Below, in pieces: positions 28,393 to 35,986 of a stretch of DNA of 64,000 bases. Origin of the DNA: Bacilli bacterium (GTDB taxonomy: Bacteria; Bacillota_I; Bacilli_A; RFN20; CAG-826); assembly GCA_045114745.1 (NCBI GenBank), contig JBGULD010000005.1:1467-65466 (forward strand), given 5' to 3'. Position 1 is the first letter of the stretch. Each line of letters begins with the position of its first letter. Below the pieces are notes generated by a model. The model was not told where the DNA came from, ran no database searches, and worked only from the letters and a program-made list of their open reading frames with translations. Made by a program: the position numbers and the translations under genes.

Positions 28393-29511
28393 TTATTTGA
28401 TTTCAATAAATGAAATCTGCTTTTTTATTTTTAAGTTGGTGACAATTGTGTTTCTTTTTAGTTCAGGATATCTATATCTCTCATAAGCATTCAACAGTTT
28501 AGATACATTCATCTCAAGTTTTTGTAATTCTCTATTTTGTGTTTTTTTGTCGCCAAATCTTGAATAACAAATATATAAATTTATCTGCTTCGCCGTTTCT
28601 TTCCATTGGTGGCCATAGTTTTGCTTATAAAAGAAATCGCACATATCAAATAGTTCAAAGAAATATGGGTAATCTTGTTCCCCTAGTGAGTGCCCATAAA
28701 TAATTATTGCCTGAACGCCTTTCCTATCAAAATCATAACTGAAATCAACATCCAGTTTTCGCCATTCTTTGCTTAATTCAAAAATATCATTATCCTTTAT
28801 GCTTTGCCCTGTTGAATCATATCCTACGACAATTTTGGTATTGAGAGTTCCGTGAACATTCGCTTCACAACAGTATTTAGAAGAATCAATGGTGGTATAG
28901 TTAAAATCTATAATCTGTAATAAATAGTCTTTATTAACTGGACAGGCAGCGATAATTTTATCAACCATTTGTTCTTGAAGCTTTATATAATCGTTCTGCC
29001 TTCCAAGCCTTCTTTTAAGATATTTAATTAAGTCACTTTCAAGTTCATCCAAATCTTCAGATAAGATTTTCTTAATTGTTGAATAATCAAACTTTTGTCC
29101 GTCTTTTACCCTTCTATATAAAAGACCATCAATTCTTAATTGAATAGTATCTTTGATATTATAGTTGGAGCTTGGTAAATGGCTTTTATATATCTTTGAA
29201 ATCATTTCCTCTTCAGTTGCTATTTTCTTAACAAAACCTTCAACATCCATCCAGTTTGGATTTTTATAATCCACCGCTCTAAAAAATCCTGCATAATCGC
29301 GTTCTCTATAAAAACGCAATTTAAGTAATAAGTAAAGCAAATTATCACCATTGTATTGTTTTGACTTATCAAGCACACATTTTTCAAAGAAATTAGAAAA
29401 AGATGATTTTAACCCTAAGTGCATATCAAAACCATTCCCAAGCACTAAGACGTTGTGTGTTTTTGCAAACAAATCGATTACTTTATTTATTTTATTTTGA
29501 TCCATTTTCAT
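28393..29511 (-). CDS. AbiH-like abortive-infection family protein
   Basis: The N-terminus NVLVLGNGFDMHLGLKSSFSNFF matches the characteristic AbiH signature (GNGFD..hGl.tsY.dF). IIIYGHSLGEQDYPYF matches the C-terminal GHSL..D motif. Size is 372 aa. Confidence 0.7.
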   Translation of the reverse strand: MKMDQNKINKVIDLFAKTHNVLVLGNGFDMHLGLKSSFSNFFEKCVLDKSKQYNGDNLLYLLLKLRFYRERDYAGFFRAVDYKNPNWMDVEGFVKKIATEEEMISKIYKSHLPSSNYNIKDTIQLRIDGLLYRRVKDGQKFDYSTIKKILSEDLDELESDLIKYLKRRLGRQNDYIKLQEQMVDKIIAACPVNKDYLLQIIDFNYTTIDSSKYCCEANVHGTLNTKIVVGYDSTGQSIKDNDIFELSKEWRKLDVDFSYDFDRKGVQAIIIYGHSLGEQDYPYFFELFDMCDFFYKQNYGHQWKETAKQINLYICYSRFGDKKTQNRELQKLEMNVSKLLNAYERYRYPELKRNTIVTNLKIKKQISFIEIK

Positions 29512-29567
29512 GTTCTTTTGTTTTGTTTAAGTGATTGTGCTCCCAATAACAAAAAGCTTTGAATCAA

Positions 29568-29720
29568 TTATCTATCATCTTTTGGTTTTGGATTTGGGTT
29601 TGAGGGATATTTATCTGGATCGATGTTTTTGTGGCTATCGTGAATGGTAATGTTTTTATTATCAGAATTTGGGACACTATAGTTCTCTCTTATCGGTTTT
29701 TTTACTTTTGTATCAGGCAT
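29568..29720 (-). CDS. Possible 50-aa hydrophilic ORF translationally coupled to the upstream membrane-protein gene
   Basis: Manual translation gives MPDTKVKKPIRENYSVPNSDNKNITIHDSHKNIDPDKYPSNPNPKPKDDR. Its ATG at 29720 overlaps the upstream TGA (ATGCCTGA). The sequence is low complexity and has no homology support. Confidence 0.25.
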   Translation of the reverse strand: MPDTKVKKPIRENYSVPNSDNKNITIHDSHKNIDPDKYPSNPNPKPKDDR

Positions 29721-30309
29721 AATTAATTCCCTTCCTTTTCAAATAATATGCAGATTCTAAACTGCGATAATATTTTTGAACGACACTATTACGTGGATGC
29801 TTATTTAAAAACAATTTCATACAATATTTAGATGATAAATAAAACATATTCTTAAAAACTTTAATATAGTTATATAGTTTTTCTTTATCTTCTATTGTTA
29901 CCGAATCATTCAAATGTTTTTTTCTAAAATTCATATAATTGTTTTCTATTTTAAGAAATCTATATGCAAAACACTTTTTCTTTTCTTCTACATCATCACA
30001 CTTAATACAACCAAATTCTTCTAGATATTTATATCTATTGGCCACACCATAATAATATAGTCTATTAAAGCCAGTTAATAATTCTTCTTCAGTAGCAATT
30101 ATTCCTTTCATATCACGAAATGACCCACTATCAAGGATTTCATAGGCATCATTAATAAAAGACAATATCCCTTTTGTGTTATCAAAAAAGAAATCAATAT
30201 TGGCTTTATTATGTTGCCTAATTGCAAAATATAGCGAAATAAAAGCAATAACCATTGATATACAAGCAATAGATATTGAGATAATTGAAGTAACTACATC
30301 TGTTTGCAT
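29713..30309 (-). CDS. Hypothetical single-pass membrane protein (N-terminal TM helix + about 160-aa helical cytoplasmic domain)
   Basis: The TM helix is VVTSIISISIACISMVIAFISLYFAI, followed by a Lys/Tyr-rich soluble domain. I recognise no family. TATAAT lies 6 nt upstream of the ATG and there is no SD, so the transcript may be leaderless. Confidence 0.5.
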   Translation of the reverse strand: MQTDVVTSIISISIACISMVIAFISLYFAIRQHNKANIDFFFDNTKGILSFINDAYEILDSGSFRDMKGIIATEEELLTGFNRLYYYGVANRYKYLEEFGCIKCDDVEEKKKCFAYRFLKIENNYMNFRKKHLNDSVTIEDKEKLYNYIKVFKNMFYLSSKYCMKLFLNKHPRNSVVQKYYRSLESAYYLKRKGINYA

Positions 30310-30450
30310 ATAGTTATTATAAATCAGTAGAGCAAAGATGTCTTTAAAGTACTATTAAATCCATCATTAAATCATTTTAAAATTCATTGGTCCAAGCTAA
30401 TATCGCCGTCTTTTATCGACTATGCGATGTCAGAGCACCATTGTCGCTCT

Positions 30451-31458
30451 CTATTTTGATTCTTTCAATTCTTCTTTAAAATCTTTCACGGCTTTTTCTA
30501 GTTGCTTCGCATCACTTGAAAAAACATATTTATACGAGCAAGCCACACTATTTCTATTAGAAGCTTTTAATCCGGCATTAGAATAAACATTAAATTGTGT
30601 GCATTCACAATCTGTTCTTTCATAAAACTTTCTTTTGTCTGACATGATAAGCAAGAGTCTTTTAGATAGCGGAACCTCGACCACCATCCCGTATGTTGCA
30701 AGGGATGGAGGAAACATTGGCATTATTTCTTCTGTTGGACACAAGTTTAATAATTTATCAGTTAAGAACAGGGTTCCTCTATCAAAGAAAACAAATTGCC
30801 AAGTATAATTGAAGAAAATGTTCGTCATTTTATCAATAAGTTCTTTATTAATAATGGCGGAAATATGAAATAATCTTTTTTGTTCTTTTGTATAAGAGAT
30901 GGTTAAATTTTCCGGCTTAATATGGATGCCACCAAACTGTGCCATAATAGCCGTTGTTTGTTTAACCATTGAAACTCTCATTTCATCATAAAAATCTCTA
31001 ACATATTTTGTTTTGATGTGATGCAGTGCCAAAAGATGGGCAAACTTGGCCTTATTAACATCATCTAATAGAATTCTTTTTCCTTCTTTTGCATTTTTGA
31101 TTGTTTGTGATATTAATTCTCTGAATTCTGGTTCATATTGATTACTATACAAGTCATCAACAGCATATTCTAAATCTTCTTTTTCTTCCTTTGACATTTC
31201 AGATATCGGTTTAAATCCATCTTTTATAGAGGCTTCATCAATCTTTCTCTTTTCTTGATCATCTGAGCGATTATAAATATCTACTATTCCGAGATTGAAA
31301 AAATAGTTTTCTTCGCCAACATCTTGAATATCGCTCCAATAAAACTTATCAGTGTCTTTATTATAAACATACAATTTTTCATTCTTGGTGCAAAAATTCT
31401 TAAAATAGTGTTGAGATATATAGTGTTGCTTTTTGGCTCTGGTTTTTTTCCTTGACAT
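30451..31458 (-). CDS. DUF4238-like protein
   Basis: The N-terminus KKQHYISQHYFKNF matches the DUF4238 signature (HyvPqfyLrnF). Size is 335 aa. Confidence 0.6.
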   Translation of the reverse strand: MSRKKTRAKKQHYISQHYFKNFCTKNEKLYVYNKDTDKFYWSDIQDVGEENYFFNLGIVDIYNRSDDQEKRKIDEASIKDGFKPISEMSKEEKEDLEYAVDDLYSNQYEPEFRELISQTIKNAKEGKRILLDDVNKAKFAHLLALHHIKTKYVRDFYDEMRVSMVKQTTAIMAQFGGIHIKPENLTISYTKEQKRLFHISAIINKELIDKMTNIFFNYTWQFVFFDRGTLFLTDKLLNLCPTEEIMPMFPPSLATYGMVVEVPLSKRLLLIMSDKRKFYERTDCECTQFNVYSNAGLKASNRNSVACSYKYVFSSDAKQLEKAVKDFKEELKESK

Positions 31459-31486
31459 AAATTGTATCTTAATTTTACAACAAAAC

Positions 31487-31677
31487 TACTTGAACTTCTC
31501 GCTTTTTTGATGGATTTATAGACACATAAGGAACGGGCACCTCTATGCACAATAAAGGCAAGGTTATCTTTGATAAAAAACTCCTATACGAATATAACAT
31601 CTGTCTTTATATCTTAGAAGAATTATGCGATAAGGGAATTATCGATGCTTTTGAGATGACTGAAGCCTTAATCCCTC
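31487..31677. repeat. Copy B of the duplicated divergent promoter/small-ORF module
   Basis: It is collinear with 27930..28120. Weaker homology patches continue downstream (GGCGAGTGTT and GAGCCATnTnnTGTTTT in both copies). Confidence 0.9.
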
Positions 31678-31781
31678 GGCGAGTGTTTACCAAACAAAAA
31701 GACTCACATTTCAACATAATTGAAACACGAGCCATGTATTGTTTTAAAAGAAAAGAAAAGCGGAATCCCGCTATTTCTTGA
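31545..31781 (+). CDS. Small ORF (78 aa) inside repeat copy B, paralogue of 27988..28152
   Basis: MHNKGKVIFDKKLLYEYNICLYILEELCDKGIIDAFEMTEAL is conserved with copy A, and the C-terminus then diverges. Its 3' end runs through the terminator and stop codon of the convergent epimerase gene, so the true length is doubtful. Confidence 0.35.
   Translation: MHNKGKVIFDKKLLYEYNICLYILEELCDKGIIDAFEMTEALIPRRVFTKQKDSHFNIIETRAMYCFKRKEKRNPAIS
31741..31772 (-). terminator. Rho-independent terminator of the ugd-HEPN-epimerase transcription unit
   Basis: The minus strand reads GCGGGATTCCGC followed by TTTTCTTTTCTTTT, overlapping the TAG stop at 31771-31773. Confidence 0.7.
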
Positions 31782-32797
31782 TATAGAAACTATAATACCA
31801 TTCCGCAAAACGTCTTAATCCATCTCTAAGACTTGTGGATGGTTTATAACCAAAATCTCTTTCTAAATCACTTGTATCTGCATATGTAACAGGAACATCG
31901 CCTTTTTGCATTGGCGCCAATTTCTTGTGAGATTCGAAATCATAATCTTTAGGAAGTACATCCGCTTTAACGAGTTCTTCAGATAATATCTGTACGAAAT
32001 CTAATAGGTTTTCTGGATTATTATTACCAATGTTATAAATCTTATACGGAGGAATTGGTAAACCATCTTCTCCATCATGTTTCACTGGAGGTTTATCCAT
32101 CACTCTTATAACGCCTTCAACAATATCATCTACATAAGTGAAATCTCTTTTACAATTACCATAATTAAAGATTTCAATAGTTTCACCTTTAATTAACTTA
32201 TTAGTAAAACTAAAGTACGCCATATCTGGTCTTCCCATAGGACCATATACAGTAAAGAATCTTAATCCAGTTGTTGGGATGTTATATAACTTAGAATAAG
32301 CATGCGCTAGTAATTCATTAGACTTTTTGGTCGCAGCATATAAACTAACTGGATTATCTACTTTATCGTCTGTAGAAAATGGAACTTTAACATTGCCACC
32401 ATAAACGGATGATGAAGATGCATACACTAAGTGTTTAACTGGATGATATCTACATGCTTCTAATATGTTATAGAATCCAATAATATTTGATTGAATATAA
32501 ACATCAGGATGATCAATTGAATATCTAACACCCGCTTGAGCCGCTAAGTTGACAACAATATCAAAATAATATTCATTAAATAACTTATCTAAAAATGCTT
32601 TATCGGATATATCACCTTTAACAAATGTAAAGTTCTTAAAAGAAGATAACATTTTGAGTCTTTCATTTTTTTAAAGACACATCATAATAATCATTAAGGT
32701 TATCTAAACCAATAATGTCATAATCTGTGATTTCTAATAATTTTTTACATAGAAACGCACCTATAAATCCTGCAGCGCCTGTAATGAATATTTTCAT
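31771..32797 (-). pseudogene. UDP-glucuronate 4-epimerase-like NAD-dependent epimerase, interrupted by a frameshift in an A7 tract
   Basis: The ATG at 32797 gives [44 protein letters not shown] and then TGA. Removing one A from the A7 run (T7 on the plus strand, 32666-32672) restores ...[26 protein letters not shown]..., continuous with tracked ORF 31771..32652. That ORF carries YASSSSVYG and YAATK, the SDR catalytic motifs. Confidence 0.8.
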
Positions 32798-34149
32798 AAC
32801 GTATTCGAGGTTTGGTTTTTATCGTCTCCAGACAACTCTTCTGTTTTGAAATCACCAATGTGATTATTGACTATTTCATTGTAATAAATTGTATCTCGAA
32901 ATTGCAAAAATAATGGCCAGTTAATCAATTCGTTTGGTGTTTTGTCGGAGGAATATGATTGTTCAATTAATATGGCCGCATCTTTATAATTATCTAATAA
33001 AATTAGTTTAGCAATCTTGAACTGTATTTCAGCTGCACTAACATCAAATGTCGCAATTTCTTTATCAAAAGAATCATTTTGGCTTGAATATTTTAAAGAC
33101 AACAACAGATTAACCTTGGCAATCATTTTTGTAGCAAAATCAAGCTTTTTAGATGAAGAAAGAACCTTATAAACAAATGAAGTCAAAATATATTCTTTGT
33201 TGGCCAACTTTTCAAAATAATAATCCAGCAATTCATCAACATTGTTTTCAGAGGGTTTTTCTTTTTCCAACAGTTTAAAAACAATAAAAAACATTATTTT
33301 TTGAATATTAATAATATTTTCCGCAAAATACTCTTTGTCACACTTTAATGAAGTACCAATTTTGCACAATGATGATGGAATCGACTTCAAATACATTTGA
33401 TTCACAATTCCTTCGTTGTGAACAAATATGTTTCTTCTGTAGTATAATTCACAAAAGCGATCGAATAAATCTTTAATCTCTCCAAGGCATATTTTTTCTT
33501 TTTCGAAAATCTTTTTCGTGGTCTCAATCGAATCAAACATATCTGCTTCAACAATCTCATCAATTTGTTCATTTATAATTTCATCAACGTCCTTTCTAAT
33601 CAAGGATTGTAATGTTATTGTTTTTGAGCAGAAATATATGGATGGGTTATTGTGTATTAAAGCTGTATAGACGCACGAAAGAAATGACTCGTATGTGGAT
33701 ATCAAACTAGACAATATTGATTTTTGTAAACAAGAATACATATATCCATATTTTTTCATTATTCTTCTAGCAGTGGATGGCGAATATAGTTTTCGATCTT
33801 TAATTTCTTGATTAAAAACAAATTCAAATCCCATCTCTTTTTCGCTAAATGATAATTCTGAAAACAAATCAAAAAGCTTGTATTTTGAAGAAACGGGAGC
33901 ATTTTTAATCTCTTCCGCCCTTTCTTTTCTTTCTTTTTCGGTTTTGCATTTGTAAACAGAATTAAATAATGAAAGAATTTTGAAGGACGTTTCGTTGTTT
34001 TGTTTTTCTTTCGCAAAATTCTCTTTAATTGCTGCCAAATTAATTAAAAAATAGTCAAAGAGTTGTCCAATGTGCTCGGAAAAAGAAATGCAACAACTAA
34101 CTATTGCGTTTTTGAATTGTTCTTTGAAATCTTTATTGTCGTCTTTCAT
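32794..34149 (-). CDS. HEPN-motif protein (predicted RNase-type defence/toxin domain) with a large uncharacterised N-terminal region
   Basis: [14 protein letters not shown] contains the Rx4H HEPN catalytic motif (RNIFVH) in a helical context. The product is 451 aa from the ATG at 34149; the tracked start at 34155 is TTG. Its stop TGA overlaps the epimerase ATG (ATGA), and its start lies 7 nt after the ugd stop. Confidence 0.55.
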   Translation of the reverse strand: MKDDNKDFKEQFKNAIVSCCISFSEHIGQLFDYFLINLAAIKENFAKEKQNNETSFKILSLFNSVYKCKTEKERKERAEEIKNAPVSSKYKLFDLFSELSFSEKEMGFEFVFNQEIKDRKLYSPSTARRIMKKYGYMYSCLQKSILSSLISTYESFLSCVYTALIHNNPSIYFCSKTITLQSLIRKDVDEIINEQIDEIVEADMFDSIETTKKIFEKEKICLGEIKDLFDRFCELYYRRNIFVHNEGIVNQMYLKSIPSSLCKIGTSLKCDKEYFAENIINIQKIMFFIVFKLLEKEKPSENNVDELLDYYFEKLANKEYILTSFVYKVLSSSKKLDFATKMIAKVNLLLSLKYSSQNDSFDKEIATFDVSAAEIQFKIAKLILLDNYKDAAILIEQSYSSDKTPNELINWPLFLQFRDTIYYNEIVNNHIGDFKTEELSGDDKNQTSNTL

Positions 34150-34155
34150 AAACAA

Positions 34156-35364
34156 TTAATCTCTCTTAAATAAATCCCTTGTATAGATTTTATCTTTAAC
34201 ATCATCTAAAGATGAATCATATCTATTAGCGATAATAACTTTGGATAATTTCTTAAATTCATCAAAGTCTTTAATAACTCTACATTTAAAGAATTCCTCT
34301 TCTTTTAATGTTGGTTCATAAATAACTATATCAACGCCTTTAGCTTGTAATCTCTTCATGACACCTTGAATAGAAGATGCTCTAAAGTTATCGGAACCAG
34401 ATTTCATAGTTAATCTATATATGCCAACGGTCACATCATCATGACCATCATTCTTATATCCCGCTTTTCTTAATACTTCATCACAAATGAATTGTTTTCT
34501 AGTTCTATTAGATTCCACTATCGCGGATATAAGATTCTCTGGTACATCTTCAAAGTTAGCTTTCAATTCTTTAGTATCTTTAGGCAAACAATATCCACCA
34601 TAACCAAAGGATGGATTATTATAGAAGTCTCCTATTCTAGGATCACCACATACACCTTTAATAATATCTAATGTATCTAGACCTTTGGTTTGGGCGAACG
34701 TATCTAATTCATTAAAATACGCTACTCTAAGCGCTAAATATGTATTAGCAAATAACTTAACGGCTTCCGCTTCAGTACATCCAAGAATATGTGTTTCTAT
34801 ATTCTCTTTAATGGCGCCTTCTTGAAGAAGCTTTGCAAATTCTTTCGCTTTAGATAAATAAGGTTCTTTTTTCTCAGGAACACCCACGACTATTCTTGAC
34901 GGATAAAGATTATCATATAGTGCTTTTCCCTCTCTTAAGAATTCAGGAGAAAAAAGAATCTTATCATATTGATATTTTTCTCTTACATATTTAGTAAATC
35001 CGACACCTACAGTGGATTTAACAATAATCCAAGCATTAGGATTAACTTTCTTAACTTGTTTAATAACTGATTCTACAGATGATGTATCAAACTTGTTGGT
35101 CACACTATCATAGTTTGTAGGGGTAGCAATGATAACTAATTCAGATTGCTTATAAGCACCATCACCATCTAATGTTGCTATTAAATCTAATTGTTTGTTT
35201 GCTAAATATTCTTCAATCTCTTTATCAATGATTGGAGATTTTTTGTTGTTAATTAAATTAACCTTAGATGTAACTACATCTACGGCATAAACTTTATTAT
35301 TTTGGGCTAAGATAATTGCATTACTTAGTCCAACATATCCGAGTCCAACAACAGAAATGAACAT
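34156..35364 (-). CDS. ugd: UDP-glucose 6-dehydrogenase
   Basis: [16 protein letters not shown] provides the Rossmann motif and [10 protein letters not shown] contains the catalytic Cys. Size is 402 aa. Confidence 0.9.
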   Translation of the reverse strand: MFISVVGLGYVGLSNAIILAQNNKVYAVDVVTSKVNLINNKKSPIIDKEIEEYLANKQLDLIATLDGDGAYKQSELVIIATPTNYDSVTNKFDTSSVESVIKQVKKVNPNAWIIVKSTVGVGFTKYVREKYQYDKILFSPEFLREGKALYDNLYPSRIVVGVPEKKEPYLSKAKEFAKLLQEGAIKENIETHILGCTEAEAVKLFANTYLALRVAYFNELDTFAQTKGLDTLDIIKGVCGDPRIGDFYNNPSFGYGGYCLPKDTKELKANFEDVPENLISAIVESNRTRKQFICDEVLRKAGYKNDGHDDVTVGIYRLTMKSGSDNFRASSIQGVMKRLQAKGVDIVIYEPTLKEEEFFKCRVIKDFDEFKKLSKVIIANRYDSSLDDVKDKIYTRDLFKRD

Positions 35365-35410
35365 ATTTAAACACCTTTATTTAATACAGTATAACAAAAG
35401 ACACTTGTTT

Positions 35411-35986
35411 TTAAATGTTGTATCTTTCGATAAAGTTGTTATATTCAATGTCTTTTATTTTTTTTGCGGGAACGCCAACCAATACGCAATGTCCCTCAGG
35501 AAAACTTTTGGTCACAACCGCATTCGCGCCAACGGCACTTTCATTGCCAATAATAATGTCTCCAAAAATTTTAGCTCCTGGTCCTATATAAACATTATCG
35601 CCAATGGTTGGGCAAAGGTCTGAAAAGCCAGCTTTAGTACCAATATTTACACCAACATGTATTCTGCAGTTTTTGCCAATTTTTGCTTTTGAATTAATGA
35701 TGATTGGTCCGCAATGAGGTAGAGAAAGACCTTCGGAACAAACATTCAAAGGAATTTGCCAACCATATTTTAAACGAGCCCTATTCAATTTAATTTTCAA
35801 AAAAAACTTAATGGGAGTGAAGAGAAATGATTTTTTGCAATTAACATAGTATTCACATTTTCTTAATATTTTTAGAAATTTAATAGTGTTATTGAAAAAG
35901 GGCCTGTTTATTCTTTTATAATCGTAATTATTTGACAAGCAGTCACACCTCAAGTAATATTTGTAATCCTTTTTGCTCTTAATCAT
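35411..35986 (-). CDS. Hexapeptide-repeat O/N-acetyltransferase (serine-acetyltransferase-like, polysaccharide-modifying)
   Basis: It has the typical N-terminus KSKKDYKYYLRCD and the LbH repeats IGKNCRIHVGVNIG...IGDNVYIGPGAKIFGDIIIGNESAVGANAVV. The start is taken at the internal Met (ATG at 35986) to limit overlap with the upstream gene. Confidence 0.75.
   Translation of the reverse strand: MIKSKKDYKYYLRCDCLSNNYDYKRINRPFFNNTIKFLKILRKCEYYVNCKKSFLFTPIKFFLKIKLNRARLKYGWQIPLNVCSEGLSLPHCGPIIINSKAKIGKNCRIHVGVNIGTKAGFSDLCPTIGDNVYIGPGAKIFGDIIIGNESAVGANAVVTKSFPEGHCVLVGVPAKKIKDIEYNNFIERYNI

Noticed and set aside
31284-31550. Tracked minus-strand 88-aa ORF spanning the DUF4238 start and repeat copy B
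   Set aside because: It is out of frame with and overlaps the 5' end of the DUF4238-like gene, and it crosses the promoter/repeat region. The equivalent frame in repeat copy A is not conserved as an ORF.
27930-31677. The two 190-bp repeats as a CRISPR array or as terminal repeats of an IS or transposon
   Set aside because: There are only two copies, 3.5 kb apart and in direct orientation. They are about 190 bp long and contain a conserved ORF. No transposase, integrase or cas gene lies between or near them, and no target-site duplication is visible.
24330-34155. Prophage or integrative element interpretation of the accessory island
   Set aside because: No integrase, recombinase, excisionase, structural phage genes, conjugation genes or flanking tRNA/att repeats were seen. 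The content is only small stand-alone cassettes.
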